Shown here: positions 49,951 to 61,228 of the stretch, in pieces
Position numbering within the stretch: the first letter of the stretch is position 1
How the letters are laid out: every line of letters starts with the position of its first letter
Virus record (IMG/VR): IMGVR_UViG_3300009159_000035
Length of the DNA stretch: 64,000 bases
Strand: one strand, 5' to 3'
Origin: a virus
Position numbers and translations under genes: made by a program
Notes under the pieces: model-generated
Told to the model about the DNA's origin: nothing
Database searches by the model: none
The model's input: the letters and a program-made list of their open reading frames with translations, nothing else

Positions 49951-52900
49951 GTGATAAATCAAAATTTAACATATGCCCAGATTGCTGAACGAAATGTTAG
50001 TTTTCAATTACTTAGGACTAATCCAAAATTAACAACTAATATAAAATTAACAGTTGATTCAGGTGGTGGTTTATGGCTTAATTCAATTAATGCAAATTCT
50101 CAATTATCTAGTCAAAAATATAAAAGATTTGCAATTTCTGAAACATCTAACCATGAAATTAATTTATACCGATTTTATGATAATGGAAGAACGCCAACTG
50201 CAATTTCATATCAATTAGGCTCAACTATTGGATTAACTGCAGTAGCTAAAGATTTAAAAGATCAATATGATTTTGATCTATATACAAGTGGAGCTAAATA
50301 TTTAACGGATAAACAATACCCTGAGAAGTTTACCTATTTTGCACCAATTTATTTAGATAAAGTACTCCCTAAGAAATTTGTAATTTTTAAAATACCCGGA
50401 GCTTCTAATTATACAGCAGGTGCCGGCCGTGAATTGCAAAGAAATTTGCAACTAACAACTCAAAAATTTGCAACTGATTTATTTACAAATGCTGAAATTG
50501 TAAAAGTATTTGATTTGAGCGAATCTTCTAAACTTGGAAAATACATACACAATATTTCAAAAAACCCAATGTTTACTCAAAATCCACTTTATGTTAATTA
50601 TAAAGATGGAGGATATTCGATTTATCGAGGAGCTTCAATTTCTTCAGGCACGTATGTTGAACTTCCTGAATTAATTAGTAGTGTGTTAAGTAGGTCATTA
50701 CCTTTATTAAAAGTTGAACAATTTGTAACATTAGGATTTGAAAGAAATAATATTGTGCATCCAAAGATTTTAAATTTGGAATTTTTATTTGATGATACTA
50801 CTGCAAATCCATATGAATTTAATAGATATTTTGGAGTTTATTGTAATGATATTGATCTTGAAACTTTTGAATTTGACCTATCGACCATGTACGAATTAAG
50901 TTTATCTGAAAATACTGCAGATAATGATCAAACTTTTTCAACCAATTTTATACAATCTGATGACATTTCATTTACTCTAACTAATTCAACTGGTGTTAAA
51001 TTACGTGGCCATGGATTATCGCAAAATCTATCTGACATTTATCTTAATCGTACAAGTACAGATACTCTATTTTTTCCATATTTAAAAACTAAAAATGACC
51101 AACTTCATTTAATTAAACCTTTATCTTGGAATCAATCAGATACAATTGTTGATTTTCAATTAGACGATAATGAATTTAACTTAGGATCAGCATTTGGCCC
51201 AACTGACTTAATTACTCAAGAAACTGCCGATTTATCAAAATTAGATACTAAATCTACTGTTCTTATAGAAGTTTCAAATACTCCACAGCACCTAGATAAA
51301 CTAAGAATTTATCATCCAAGCGGATCAGTATTTAGTATAGCTGATGAAGGCGGAAAATATGATGAACTTGTTTTTGTATCTAGCTATTTTATAGATAATG
51401 AAAGCTATTCATTATCCTATTTACCAACTGGTGAATCTTTAATATATGTTAATGCCGATAAAGATTTAGAACAAATTGCTCAAGCAATTACCGATATTGC
51501 AAGTGAACTTAAGGATTCATCAATTACTGGAATACGCATGAATACTCATGCTTTTATTCAAACTCAGAGTTATGGAAATACCTTTGGCGCATTAAAAGTT
51601 AGGTCGCTAGAGGCAGTCTCAACTCTTCCTAAATTTAAAGTAAACAATACGGTTACAAATGATTTAGTTTTTGCAAACGGTGGATTTCTAAATAGACCTC
51701 ACCCAATTATTGCATTAGGTAATGCTGCTAAGTTTGATGGACAATTAGACAATATTGTGGTAAAGACAAATCAAAATTGGTCAAAAATTAGCAGAATTTG
51801 TAACTTAACCGATTCAATTAAACCTGGACTTTCATTAACTGACCAAGCACAAGCAATTACCGATTTTAAAACAAAAGCATCAATTGAATTAGTTGATAAT
51901 GAGACAGTTCAAATTAATTATGGCAAAATTGAAATAAGAAAAAATTTCAAACCAGCAATTGGCGTACTGTCGCTATTTGAAACAATGGATTTTAATTTTT
52001 CAACTTATACTAGCGACTATTCTAGAAATTTATTATTGGATCTTTATAAAGATTTCTATATTCCAGAAAATATATTGTTATTGGATTTTACTAAATATAC
52101 CTATCAATTAATTGGAGATGGTACTATTAGTATAAATGGAATAAACTATTCTGACCCAAATACTTTAATTTGGCAAAATACTTCAACTTTATCTAAATAT
52201 AATGTTAGGTCAAATGGGCCTAGCGGAAAACCTATTTTGATATATGGTTTAAAATTACCAGCAACAACAGTTGATCCAAACAGTTTAACTTACTTAAATA
52301 GACTAGATATTCCGTCTTTTGATAACTCTGATCCTGCAAGTAATTTTATTGGCGCATTTTCAATAAAGGCTGATCACGTACCAATTGACCCAACTTCACC
52401 AACTTATAAATATAGAGATAAATTTGTACAAAGTAATTTGTCCAGCGAATATCATGCATATTTAGAAAATTATACAAAGGATTTTGCAATAGACGGTAGA
52501 GTAATTCCATATATTACCAAATGGGGAATTACTGACTCAACCGATGCTAGAGATAATCCATATAGACTAAATTCCGATATTGTTTTTGGAAAAGATAATT
52601 TCGGTCCTTCTCATAGAGAAACTTCTACTTCTCCTGAAAAATTAACGCATGAATGGTTTTATATTGAGTCTAATTTTGGATATACCAAAGATACTACATT
52701 AGCTCGAAGTAATTTTTATTATTTTGATCAGCCTATGTTAATTAATCAATTAACCAGTTCTGCTAATTATTTTGATGAATATTTTACCTATATCCCAACA
52801 GTAGATGGAGTTCAAGTAGGTAGACCTCAGTACCGATATTCGTTATTATCTAAAAATCAATTTACTAAACAGTATGAAACTGTATTTAAAGGTTCTCTAT

Positions 52901-55764
52901 TTAGATTTTATGAATTAACTACAAGCCAAACACCAGTTTCAAATTCAACTAGATTTGAAGATTACAAATTTACTGCACTATTAAAACCAATTAAAGAAGA
53001 TCCAAATACAGTTAAGCAACCGGTTAAATATCGAGTAATTGAAAATACAAATTCAAAATCAATTACCCTATTGATTGAACTTGCTCTTGGATATAAAGCC
53101 CAATTAGATAATTCTATCTTTTTAACAAATTGGAATACTAATCTTGAAATAGGAATTGATCCTGATTTAAGTATAATTAGTCAAGCTAGTTTATTTAATG
53201 GAACTTTTAAATCGCAGCCAATTTCATATCAAATTGATCATAGTGAGATATATGGGTATCCAGCACCAATTTCATTAATTGACTATCAAAATCAAATCTC
53301 CGGAGTATCAATAATTCCAGGATTAGAGTTAGGCCAAGTAGCTCATATTAAATACGGTATTTTATCTACAATTATTGCAACTCCTGGATCAGATGTGTAT
53401 AATGCAATTCAGCTTGATAAAATAGCAACCGGCGATAAATTAGGTACCCGAGTATATGCAAATGTGCAAAAGAGTGTAACTATACTCTTATCATCTGGCA
53501 CATATCAAGCTGCAACAATTACTGCCTATTTTGAAGATACTTGGCAAAATGCTGATCCTGGTGCTGGAGGAATAACCCTTGGTCAAATTCATGAGCTTAC
53601 TAATTATGGTATTCCAGGTCCAGCTCAAATTAATCTAAATACAACCAATATACTAGTTCATAATACCTCATACGCGGATACATCAAACCGCTATTTTAAT
53701 GATAGCTCAAACATTGATCAATCTCCTAAACTTGATATTTTATTTAATACAGCGGCTCAAACACCTAGATTTAGCCTATCTTCATTAGCTGGTGGAAACT
53801 ATACTGAAATTATCTTTGATAAAGTTTCAACAAATATCTATACTTCTGGAGTTTATGATATTAATATAAGTTATGTTTCTGGAGATTTGGGTTCACCTTA
53901 TAGTATGCCAAATGTTGAGCCTTTACTATTTAAAACTCAATGGTTTATTCCTGAATATACTAATTCAAATATTCCTGCTGTATATAGTTTTACAGTTGAG
54001 AATTCAACTGCCTATTTTGATTCAATGTTTGGAGATTACCGAATAGAATTTGACCAAAATGAAGTTTCAAATTTAACTCACTCATTCCTATATTATGCAA
54101 AAAGTAAAAAATATAATAATCGGTCAGATGCATATTCTACAATTAAACTATCTAGAGGAATTGACTTATCTTCAAGTGGAATTCATTTAGACTCATCATT
54201 ATTTCCAGATTATGCACAAACTGAAAAATTAACAGGTCTTGAAAATTATGATGTATCCGCTGACTCTGAAATTAATCAATTTAGTACAAATTTTGCACCT
54301 CTTTATATTATTAGACCTGGAGAAAAAAGTATCCTTGTTCAAAAAGATCCTAACCCATCTTTCAATCTATTTGACTTACTCGATCCGACTGTAACAAAAG
54401 ATGGAGTAGATGGAGCATTTCAAAATATTGTTAATTTTACTCCAAGTCTAAATCCAGTAACACTAATCCGCCCAATTCCAAATAGTGTAGGCGATACTCC
54501 TAATTTTTCATATACTGAGTATGGCCTTCCAACTGGAGTTACCTTTAATTGGATAAATGAGGCAAACCATTTTCAAATATTTGGAGGTAATAACTATTTT
54601 CAAAAAGTATTTGAAAACTTATCATTTGCAAAATTATTTCAATTACTTGATAAAAACCAAACTGTAATAAGTTGGGAATCATATACTAATGGTATTCTAA
54701 GTAATTATAAAACTTTATCAATTGAAATAGTTGATGCCGATACCGTAAGTAAATCAACAATTATTAGTATTACACCAGATCAAGTAACTGAAGGTAGTCT
54801 TAACACTGTTGCTGGCTATGACTTAGCTGAAGTTCCATCTAAGTCATATGAAGTTAACCGATATTCCGCTGAATATGAAATAATTACAAAACCAATTGCT
54901 GGGTTTAAATATAATTTTTCAATAAATGCAAATAGCTTACCTGGAGCAAATATTTGCCTTAATCCAGAAGTTGATAATTTCTTTATTATTCCAGATTTTG
55001 AATATGTTAAATATTCAAGCCAAACTATTTTAGCTCTTGAAAATAGTAAAAATTACTCAGCTGTATACTCATTAATTAATGAGACGCCAATCAGTCGTAC
55101 TAATTTTAATAGCCTATCCTCAAGTTGGGATTATAACTATCATTTTGAATCACTAAATAAAAGTGAGTCAATTGGAGTTGCTGGTAGTAAGCGAGTGGTT
55201 GAAGATTATTCATTTATTTCAAAACTATTAAATCTGCCAAATGAATTTATAATTGAAGATTTTACATCCATTGAACTTACTCAATCATTATTTAATGCAT
55301 CTCAAGCAACTGAAGCGGATATTGTATATGCAAATTATCGAGAACAGGTTAAATTTAAAATTAATAAGTCTGCGTTAATTACAAAACACTTATCAAATAA
55401 TGGACTAAGGTCAGAATTCCAAAAGTTTTTTAAATATGATGACGGCTCCCAAATTACATCAGACTCTGACTTTTTAGGAGAATTAACATTTGAAGAGTTT
55501 CTTTCTCAATATTGCCTACTTAACCTAATTAAATTATATCGAGTAGAGTCATTTGAATTTTATGAATTGGATGATAGAACCATTCAGGGTAACTTAGTTG
55601 AATTTAATCAGGTCAGTTATAATTCTCTTAATAACTTAGGTTATGACCTAATCAAAAATATCCGAATAAATAATACCAAATCAAGCATAGTAGAGGGTTC
55701 TATCCTATTAAAACCCAATACTGGAGTTAAATTGGTTCCAAAAATAAAAATTAAATTCATTTAA
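49951..55764 (+). CDS. Very large virion structural protein (baseplate region)
   Basis: 1937 aa; GTG start; co-oriented and tightly packed in the late cluster. Confidence 0.6.
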   Translation: MINQNLTYAQIAERNVSFQLLRTNPKLTTNIKLTVDSGGGLWLNSINANSQLSSQKYKRFAISETSNHEINLYRFYDNGRTPTAISYQLGSTIGLTAVAKDLKDQYDFDLYTSGAKYLTDKQYPEKFTYFAPIYLDKVLPKKFVIFKIPGASNYTAGAGRELQRNLQLTTQKFATDLFTNAEIVKVFDLSESSKLGKYIHNISKNPMFTQNPLYVNYKDGGYSIYRGASISSGTYVELPELISSVLSRSLPLLKVEQFVTLGFERNNIVHPKILNLEFLFDDTTANPYEFNRYFGVYCNDIDLETFEFDLSTMYELSLSENTADNDQTFSTNFIQSDDISFTLTNSTGVKLRGHGLSQNLSDIYLNRTSTDTLFFPYLKTKNDQLHLIKPLSWNQSDTIVDFQLDDNEFNLGSAFGPTDLITQETADLSKLDTKSTVLIEVSNTPQHLDKLRIYHPSGSVFSIADEGGKYDELVFVSSYFIDNESYSLSYLPTGESLIYVNADKDLEQIAQAITDIASELKDSSITGIRMNTHAFIQTQSYGNTFGALKVRSLEAVSTLPKFKVNNTVTNDLVFANGGFLNRPHPIIALGNAAKFDGQLDNIVVKTNQNWSKISRICNLTDSIKPGLSLTDQAQAITDFKTKASIELVDNETVQINYGKIEIRKNFKPAIGVLSLFETMDFNFSTYTSDYSRNLLLDLYKDFYIPENILLLDFTKYTYQLIGDGTISINGINYSDPNTLIWQNTSTLSKYNVRSNGPSGKPILIYGLKLPATTVDPNSLTYLNRLDIPSFDNSDPASNFIGAFSIKADHVPIDPTSPTYKYRDKFVQSNLSSEYHAYLENYTKDFAIDGRVIPYITKWGITDSTDARDNPYRLNSDIVFGKDNFGPSHRETSTSPEKLTHEWFYIESNFGYTKDTTLARSNFYYFDQPMLINQLTSSANYFDEYFTYIPTVDGVQVGRPQYRYSLLSKNQFTKQYETVFKGSLFRFYELTTSQTPVSNSTRFEDYKFTALLKPIKEDPNTVKQPVKYRVIENTNSKSITLLIELALGYKAQLDNSIFLTNWNTNLEIGIDPDLSIISQASLFNGTFKSQPISYQIDHSEIYGYPAPISLIDYQNQISGVSIIPGLELGQVAHIKYGILSTIIATPGSDVYNAIQLDKIATGDKLGTRVYANVQKSVTILLSSGTYQAATITAYFEDTWQNADPGAGGITLGQIHELTNYGIPGPAQINLNTTNILVHNTSYADTSNRYFNDSSNIDQSPKLDILFNTAAQTPRFSLSSLAGGNYTEIIFDKVSTNIYTSGVYDINISYVSGDLGSPYSMPNVEPLLFKTQWFIPEYTNSNIPAVYSFTVENSTAYFDSMFGDYRIEFDQNEVSNLTHSFLYYAKSKKYNNRSDAYSTIKLSRGIDLSSSGIHLDSSLFPDYAQTEKLTGLENYDVSADSEINQFSTNFAPLYIIRPGEKSILVQKDPNPSFNLFDLLDPTVTKDGVDGAFQNIVNFTPSLNPVTLIRPIPNSVGDTPNFSYTEYGLPTGVTFNWINEANHFQIFGGNNYFQKVFENLSFAKLFQLLDKNQTVISWESYTNGILSNYKTLSIEIVDADTVSKSTIISITPDQVTEGSLNTVAGYDLAEVPSKSYEVNRYSAEYEIITKPIAGFKYNFSINANSLPGANICLNPEVDNFFIIPDFEYVKYSSQTILALENSKNYSAVYSLINETPISRTNFNSLSSSWDYNYHFESLNKSESIGVAGSKRVVEDYSFISKLLNLPNEFIIEDFTSIELTQSLFNASQATEADIVYANYREQVKFKINKSALITKHLSNNGLRSEFQKFFKYDDGSQITSDSDFLGELTFEEFLSQYCLLNLIKLYRVESFEFYELDDRTIQGNLVEFNQVSYNSLNNLGYDLIKNIRINNTKSSIVEGSILLKPNTGVKLVPKIKIKFI

Positions 55765-58292
55765 TGTCAGTAGTCATAAACCTTAAGGAAATATTCTCAA
55801 CAGATAGTCAAATTGACGTCTCTAGTAAAGTAAATTTTAACTTTAATCAACTCATTGCACTTGGGTTTGGACAAATTGGTCTAACTGGCGATGCCGGTTC
55901 ACAAGGTCCTGCTGGTCCAATTGGGCCAGACGGAATTCAAGGTCCAATCGGTACTGTTATTTTTGGATTAACTCCAAGCTCAACAACTGCGCCAACCGGT
56001 CCTCCAACTGGAATGGTTACCGGCGATCTATTAATTACAGCTGACTCAATTATCAGAAAAATCGGGTCAGGTACAGGTTGGGAAATCTTAACTGATTTTA
56101 ATTCACTAGTATTAGGTGCGCTTGGTTCAAATGCTTCACCGTTTGTTAAATTAACCGGAACTTCTAGAATAATTAAACCTCGAATTACATCAGGTTTGGA
56201 TTTAACTAATGCAAGTAGCCCTGCGCCAAATTATCAAACACCTGGATTAGGTACAAATAATCAAACTGTTCTCTATAATTTTAATGAGCTTAATACAAGT
56301 TCAGTAATTATAAACGGTTCAGGCAATATTGTAATTAGCTCAAATGGTTCAAGTACAGTTCCATTTGACTCAACTAGTGGAGGTGTTAATCTTACAACTA
56401 ACGTAATTACAGGGTTAACCGTATCAGGCCATGGATTAGTTAATAAGCAATACGTAACTTATTCTGCTGGAACCGGAACAGTTATTGGAGGTTTATCTAA
56501 TTATTCAGGTTACTATGTTCTTTACATTGATGCCTATACTTTTAAATTATGTGATACTGAATTAGACGTTGATAATACTAACCCAATTGATCTTACTGGT
56601 TATGGTACTGGAACTCAAACTATCATAACGTATCCGTCAACTGCTGAAAAAATATTTCCAGCAACTGCAAACTTATCATTGTATTCAGTATTCGGCAGTG
56701 ATGCTTCTCAAGCAAAAGAATTTGCAAGTACAAGTAAGGGATATAGACATCAACTTGAATTAGGATCGGTTGATGCATTACCTACTGCATATAGCGGAAT
56801 CTCTGGTGTAAATTATGTAATTAGTCCAAGTTTTGAAAATTTAAAAGTTAAGAAATATCGAGTAGGAAGTTATAGCGGAGACTCTGCTTATCCTGGCACC
56901 TATTACCTAAGAGCTGAATACGATCTTTCTTCGGCTGGCGCCACCGCTGCTGAATCATTTTCTCCAAGAAGAAATAGCGAGCAAATTTGGAAAATCAATA
57001 AAATTGCAGGCACTCAAGCCTCAGGCCAAACCTTTGAACTTAAATTAACCAATTCAAATTTATTAGCGGTTAATGAAATCAGCAGTGGAGTTAGTGTTGA
57101 TGGTTTATTATTAAAACGCGGAGCCCTAGATGGAGGTGGAGGTTCTGGTTATATTGGATTTGGATTTGATCCAAGTGATGCAACTAAAGCCAAACTTGAT
57201 GCATCTAGCGGAATTACTAAATTTTCGTTTGATGGAGTTAAGCTTGAATTAAAAAAAGGAGCAGACTTTGCAACATTTGAAATAGATACAGTTATTTTTG
57301 ATGGCGATCCATGTTTACTAATTACGTCGCCCTTTAATAAAGTTGAGTCAGTTAACGGAAGCTCATATGAAATTGCTGATAATAAAACTGAAACAATTAG
57401 CGGTACTAAAACAGTAGTAATCAATGGAGTTTCAGTAACTCTAGCTAAATCATCTACTACACTAGTTGAAACAATTGCAACTGGTTACAATTATACAATA
57501 AATACAGTTAATGGAAATATTCAATTAACATCAACTAATTCTGGTAAATTTATTGCACTAAACGATGCAATTAAAGTTAGTGGAGACAGGTTAGTGCACG
57601 GTATTCCTTTTCCAACAACACAAGTTTCATCAATTGATGTAAATACTCTTGATGATTATGAAGAAGGAACTTGGGGAGGAGCTGGTAATTCGGATTTATT
57701 ATGCGTTAGACGAACCTGGGACATTTCTTCTGGAGGTTTCTTTAGCCAAAACTCCGGCTGGCTTGATGTAACTAGTGCAAATGTTTCAGGAACATCCGCT
57801 GCTATTGACACTGCGTATAACCGGTATACTAAAATTGGGAATCTAGTAACATTTACTGTAAATTATATTGTAAATATTGAGTATATTTATTTAGCAACTG
57901 GCGATGCTCCTGGTGCTGGAGAAGTCGGAGGTACCACTGTTACCTATGTTGGATATCCATTTGACGCTCGATTAGGTATTAAATTGCCATTTGCGCCTAA
58001 AGCAGATTCCCCAATCAGTGCACGAGGGATTGCCTTTGGATCAGCAGCCGCTATTTCAAATATTGAAATAGCCCAAGTTGGCGATGCTGACAGCGGTGCG
58101 TCAATTGCTGCATTATCATATCTATTAACCGCGTATACTTTTAGTGAGGTAGGGCAAACCTTTATTGAACTTAATTCAAGCTTAGCTCCATATACTCCAG
58201 CCTCAGCACTTTCAAATGGCCTAAGTGGGTCCCCAAGTACTTCGACTAAACTTCAGATTGCAATTACAATTAGCTATTTTGCAGCAGACTAA
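55764..58292 (+). CDS. Tail fibre-like protein with a collagen-like segment
   Basis: 10 G-X-Y triplets (55869-55958); HGL...VTY...YYV module; fibre-tip motifs LDDYEEGTW and YTKIGNLVT. Confidence 0.75.
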   Translation: MSVVINLKEIFSTDSQIDVSSKVNFNFNQLIALGFGQIGLTGDAGSQGPAGPIGPDGIQGPIGTVIFGLTPSSTTAPTGPPTGMVTGDLLITADSIIRKIGSGTGWEILTDFNSLVLGALGSNASPFVKLTGTSRIIKPRITSGLDLTNASSPAPNYQTPGLGTNNQTVLYNFNELNTSSVIINGSGNIVISSNGSSTVPFDSTSGGVNLTTNVITGLTVSGHGLVNKQYVTYSAGTGTVIGGLSNYSGYYVLYIDAYTFKLCDTELDVDNTNPIDLTGYGTGTQTIITYPSTAEKIFPATANLSLYSVFGSDASQAKEFASTSKGYRHQLELGSVDALPTAYSGISGVNYVISPSFENLKVKKYRVGSYSGDSAYPGTYYLRAEYDLSSAGATAAESFSPRRNSEQIWKINKIAGTQASGQTFELKLTNSNLLAVNEISSGVSVDGLLLKRGALDGGGGSGYIGFGFDPSDATKAKLDASSGITKFSFDGVKLELKKGADFATFEIDTVIFDGDPCLLITSPFNKVESVNGSSYEIADNKTETISGTKTVVINGVSVTLAKSSTTLVETIATGYNYTINTVNGNIQLTSTNSGKFIALNDAIKVSGDRLVHGIPFPTTQVSSIDVNTLDDYEEGTWGGAGNSDLLCVRRTWDISSGGFFSQNSGWLDVTSANVSGTSAAIDTAYNRYTKIGNLVTFTVNYIVNIEYIYLATGDAPGAGEVGGTTVTYVGYPFDARLGIKLPFAPKADSPISARGIAFGSAAAISNIEIAQVGDADSGASIAALSYLLTAYTFSEVGQTFIELNSSLAPYTPASALSNGLSGSPSTSTKLQIAITISYFAAD

Positions 58293-59080
58293 ACTTTAAG
58301 TTTAAATGGAATTGGCTTCTTTTTTTCAAGCAGCCGATTACAGTCTAGTAAGACATTGGCATCAAAGCCATGGCTAGGATTCATTATCTTATTTAGTAGG
58401 ATAATATCCTTGGTTAGGGAAATTCCGTCAGATAACACAACATGATCTGTACCTGAAACTACGATAACATTTTTTTCAGGTTGAAAATCATTAAGCCCAG
58501 GTTTTTCAGTAAGTAGCCGGTCCCTAAATTCGCTATTTTTAAGTCCAGGTAAAGTCAATACGGCCTTTCGGCTAATTGAATAGCCTAAGCTGCGATTACT
58601 TTTTGTATTTAGAGTATAAATTTCATAGCGATCTAATTTAGTAGACTTACAAACAATATAGATTTTTTCCTGTTTATGAATATTCGTATTATTAAAATGA
58701 AAGTGCAAATTTTCAAGAACTGGAATCTGTTTCTCTAAGTATTTTTGCATTACCTCAGATAGGATTTTGGATCCCATTTTCATGATTGCCTTACCATTAG
58801 AGTCATCCGATTGTGCAAGTTGAGTTACCACATCCATTAAATGAGAGTGAGCCCTAACTGCATTCAAATGTGAATCGTAGACTTTTTTATCTGCAATTAT
58901 TGTATTAATATTTAGATAATGAAAAACAATTTCGTAAAAGTTTAGAAAGTCATCCTGTAAATTAGTGAGATACTTTTTTTGTGCGTCTAGTAAGACATAC
59001 GTATAGTATTCAAGATCAACAAAGTTAGCTTTGCACAGCCACATTGGGTCGAGTACAAGCTTGGGGTTTAGAGGTTTCAT
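58289..59080 (-). CDS. Hypothetical protein, antisense within the late cluster
   Basis: 263-aa ORF; DLEYYTYVLLDAQKKY; stop overlaps the fibre stop; AAATAAATAAT box upstream at 59099-59109. Confidence 0.75.
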   Translation of the reverse strand: MKPLNPKLVLDPMWLCKANFVDLEYYTYVLLDAQKKYLTNLQDDFLNFYEIVFHYLNINTIIADKKVYDSHLNAVRAHSHLMDVVTQLAQSDDSNGKAIMKMGSKILSEVMQKYLEKQIPVLENLHFHFNNTNIHKQEKIYIVCKSTKLDRYEIYTLNTKSNRSLGYSISRKAVLTLPGLKNSEFRDRLLTEKPGLNDFQPEKNVIVVSGTDHVVLSDGISLTKDIILLNKIMNPSHGFDANVLLDCNRLLEKKKPIPFKLKV

Positions 59081-59131
59081 TGGTACCCCGATTTTATTAT
59101 TATTTATTTTGGGTAAAGACGTAATACTCTG

Positions 59132-59142
59132 CGATAAATAAC
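59132..59142 (+). promoter_or_regulatory. Late promoter CGATAAATAAC
   Basis: About 16 nt upstream of the ATG at 59158. Confidence 0.7.
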
Positions 59143-59157
59143 AAAAAGATCAAATTA

Positions 59158-61221
59158 ATGCAAGTAATCGCTTACAAGATCATTCCGGAGCCAGATAAGA
59201 ACTCGGTCACCTACAGTAAGAATTATAGAATTTTTTCTGCTGCTGAACCTGTTCCTGGGGCTGTGAAAATTGTAGGTTTTAGTGAATCAGTTGACCTGGG
59301 TTCGGCTTTACCTCAATATGTGATTCGTAAGTTTAGATATTCATTTGATATGGGAAATTGGTCACTATGGTATTCGCTTGATCCAGAGGATTTAAGTAAT
59401 ATTGAAGACTTGTTATTTAATGACGCTGATGTATTTTTTGAAGTCAAATATGAATATGATGATACTACGTATAATCCATTAACTACTGAATTAAAGGTCA
59501 ATTTTGTAAAATTTAATATTCAAAGCACTAAAGTTTCAGAATCATTATATACACCAACTGTGTATTGCTCGTCTGAACGCTGCCCAGCAATTGTTGCTGA
59601 AAGGGAAGCCTCATTTAAACCATATGAAGTTGGAACTGCAATTGGAATTGCCAAAGAATTAAGTTATCAAACCAATAAAATCTTTGGTCATGAAGTTGTT
59701 TATTTTAAAACTGAACCAGACCGCACAGGTGGAGATTTTATATTTAAGGAATGGACGCTATTTGAAACAGTTGATCGTAAATGTGTAAAAGTGGTTGTAC
59801 CCAATAATACGTTTCCAGATAATAAGCCCCAATTTACCGAATTTGGAATTGATTTTGAAGTTCCATTTGAAATTCATATTGACCATGTTTATTTTCAGTC
59901 AATATTTGGACCAGGTACTCAACCTCGAAAAAGAGATTATATGTACTTTCCATTAACTAATCGAATGTACGAAATTCAAGGTTCTTATCTGTATCGTGGC
60001 TTTATGATGGAGCCCTTGTATTGGAAAATACAGTTAACTAAATTTCATCCAAACATTGATATGCTAATGAAAGCTGGCGATCGTATATTCCTAGACAATA
60101 TTATTATTTCTAGTGATCAACTTTTTGGTAAACAAGCAGAGGTTCAGAAAAAAGATGCTCTTAATAAACAGCAATATAAAACAATTTCCAATCGATTTGA
60201 TGAAACTCGTAGATCATTGCACCCTGACCTAATTAACCGAATTTTAGATCATACGTTTAACTATGCTCCATTAATTGAATATTACTATGATATGAGTGGT
60301 GTAAAACAGCTTATTGCAAATTATGCAATTGCAACAAACGGAGATTTGGAAGATCAATATTTAACACCAAGCGCGCCATACTCAGTTTATGCATATGAAG
60401 GCGGTACAATATATAGTGCATGGCAACGTCGCCAACTAAATACTGGCGATACAAATATTGGAGCTTCAAGCCAAGCCACAATTAAAATGGATGGGCCTAA
60501 AGATTCATATACCGCTCTTGGTAAATATGTAGTAGTTGAAGGTTATAAAAATCTTGCACTAAATCCAGCCAAGCGACAATCAATTACAGTTAGTGCAAGT
60601 GGAGCTCTTCAATTTAAACAGTCAGCCCATGCAGTTATATATAAAGCGGTTGCCTCAACTGATAATACTCCAAATATGACATTTAGTGCCTTAATTAAAT
60701 TTAATAAGGGCACCCAGGATATTCGAATATTAGATGGATATGATAATTTATTAAGTAAAGGATTAAGAGTAACATGTTCACTTGTAGATAATAGCGGAAT
60801 ACCATATTCAACCTTCTATGTAAAAATTAATGACAGCACGTATACTTTTGTAATTGGTGATTTAGCTTATGATACATGGTATTCATTAATTGTGCCAGTA
60901 TCATCACAATATGGACAATTACAACTTAATCTATATTCATTTGGTCAGGATCCAGCAAATATCAAGAATTTTAATAGTATTATTAGCCTGTATACTGGTT
61001 CAGCTAACCCTGGAAACTTTACATTTGTGACTGACCAAAATTGGGCACTACCATCTGCCAATTATTCAATTGCAAATATCCGATTGTTTAATACAATGGT
61101 TCAACCAGAAGATCATGAATTTATAGTAAGTCAATTATTCATAAGAGATGAGTCTTTACTTGAACTAATTGATAATGCCCGACCTAAATTAAACGTACCA
61201 TTCATTTCAATAAATAGCTAA
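59158..61221 (+). CDS. Neck/head-completion protein (gp14-like core) with extra N- and C-terminal beta domains (LamG-like C-terminus)
   Basis: FGHEVVYFK, FGIDFE, PRKRDYMYFPLTNRMYEI resemble the gp14 motif PxxGDLIYFPxxxxLFEI; C-terminal TWYSLIV...IANIRLFN. Confidence 0.65.
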   Translation: MQVIAYKIIPEPDKNSVTYSKNYRIFSAAEPVPGAVKIVGFSESVDLGSALPQYVIRKFRYSFDMGNWSLWYSLDPEDLSNIEDLLFNDADVFFEVKYEYDDTTYNPLTTELKVNFVKFNIQSTKVSESLYTPTVYCSSERCPAIVAEREASFKPYEVGTAIGIAKELSYQTNKIFGHEVVYFKTEPDRTGGDFIFKEWTLFETVDRKCVKVVVPNNTFPDNKPQFTEFGIDFEVPFEIHIDHVYFQSIFGPGTQPRKRDYMYFPLTNRMYEIQGSYLYRGFMMEPLYWKIQLTKFHPNIDMLMKAGDRIFLDNIIISSDQLFGKQAEVQKKDALNKQQYKTISNRFDETRRSLHPDLINRILDHTFNYAPLIEYYYDMSGVKQLIANYAIATNGDLEDQYLTPSAPYSVYAYEGGTIYSAWQRRQLNTGDTNIGASSQATIKMDGPKDSYTALGKYVVVEGYKNLALNPAKRQSITVSASGALQFKQSAHAVIYKAVASTDNTPNMTFSALIKFNKGTQDIRILDGYDNLLSKGLRVTCSLVDNSGIPYSTFYVKINDSTYTFVIGDLAYDTWYSLIVPVSSQYGQLQLNLYSFGQDPANIKNFNSIISLYTGSANPGNFTFVTDQNWALPSANYSIANIRLFNTMVQPEDHEFIVSQLFIRDESLLELIDNARPKLNVPFISINS

Positions 61222-61228
61222 CACACAT

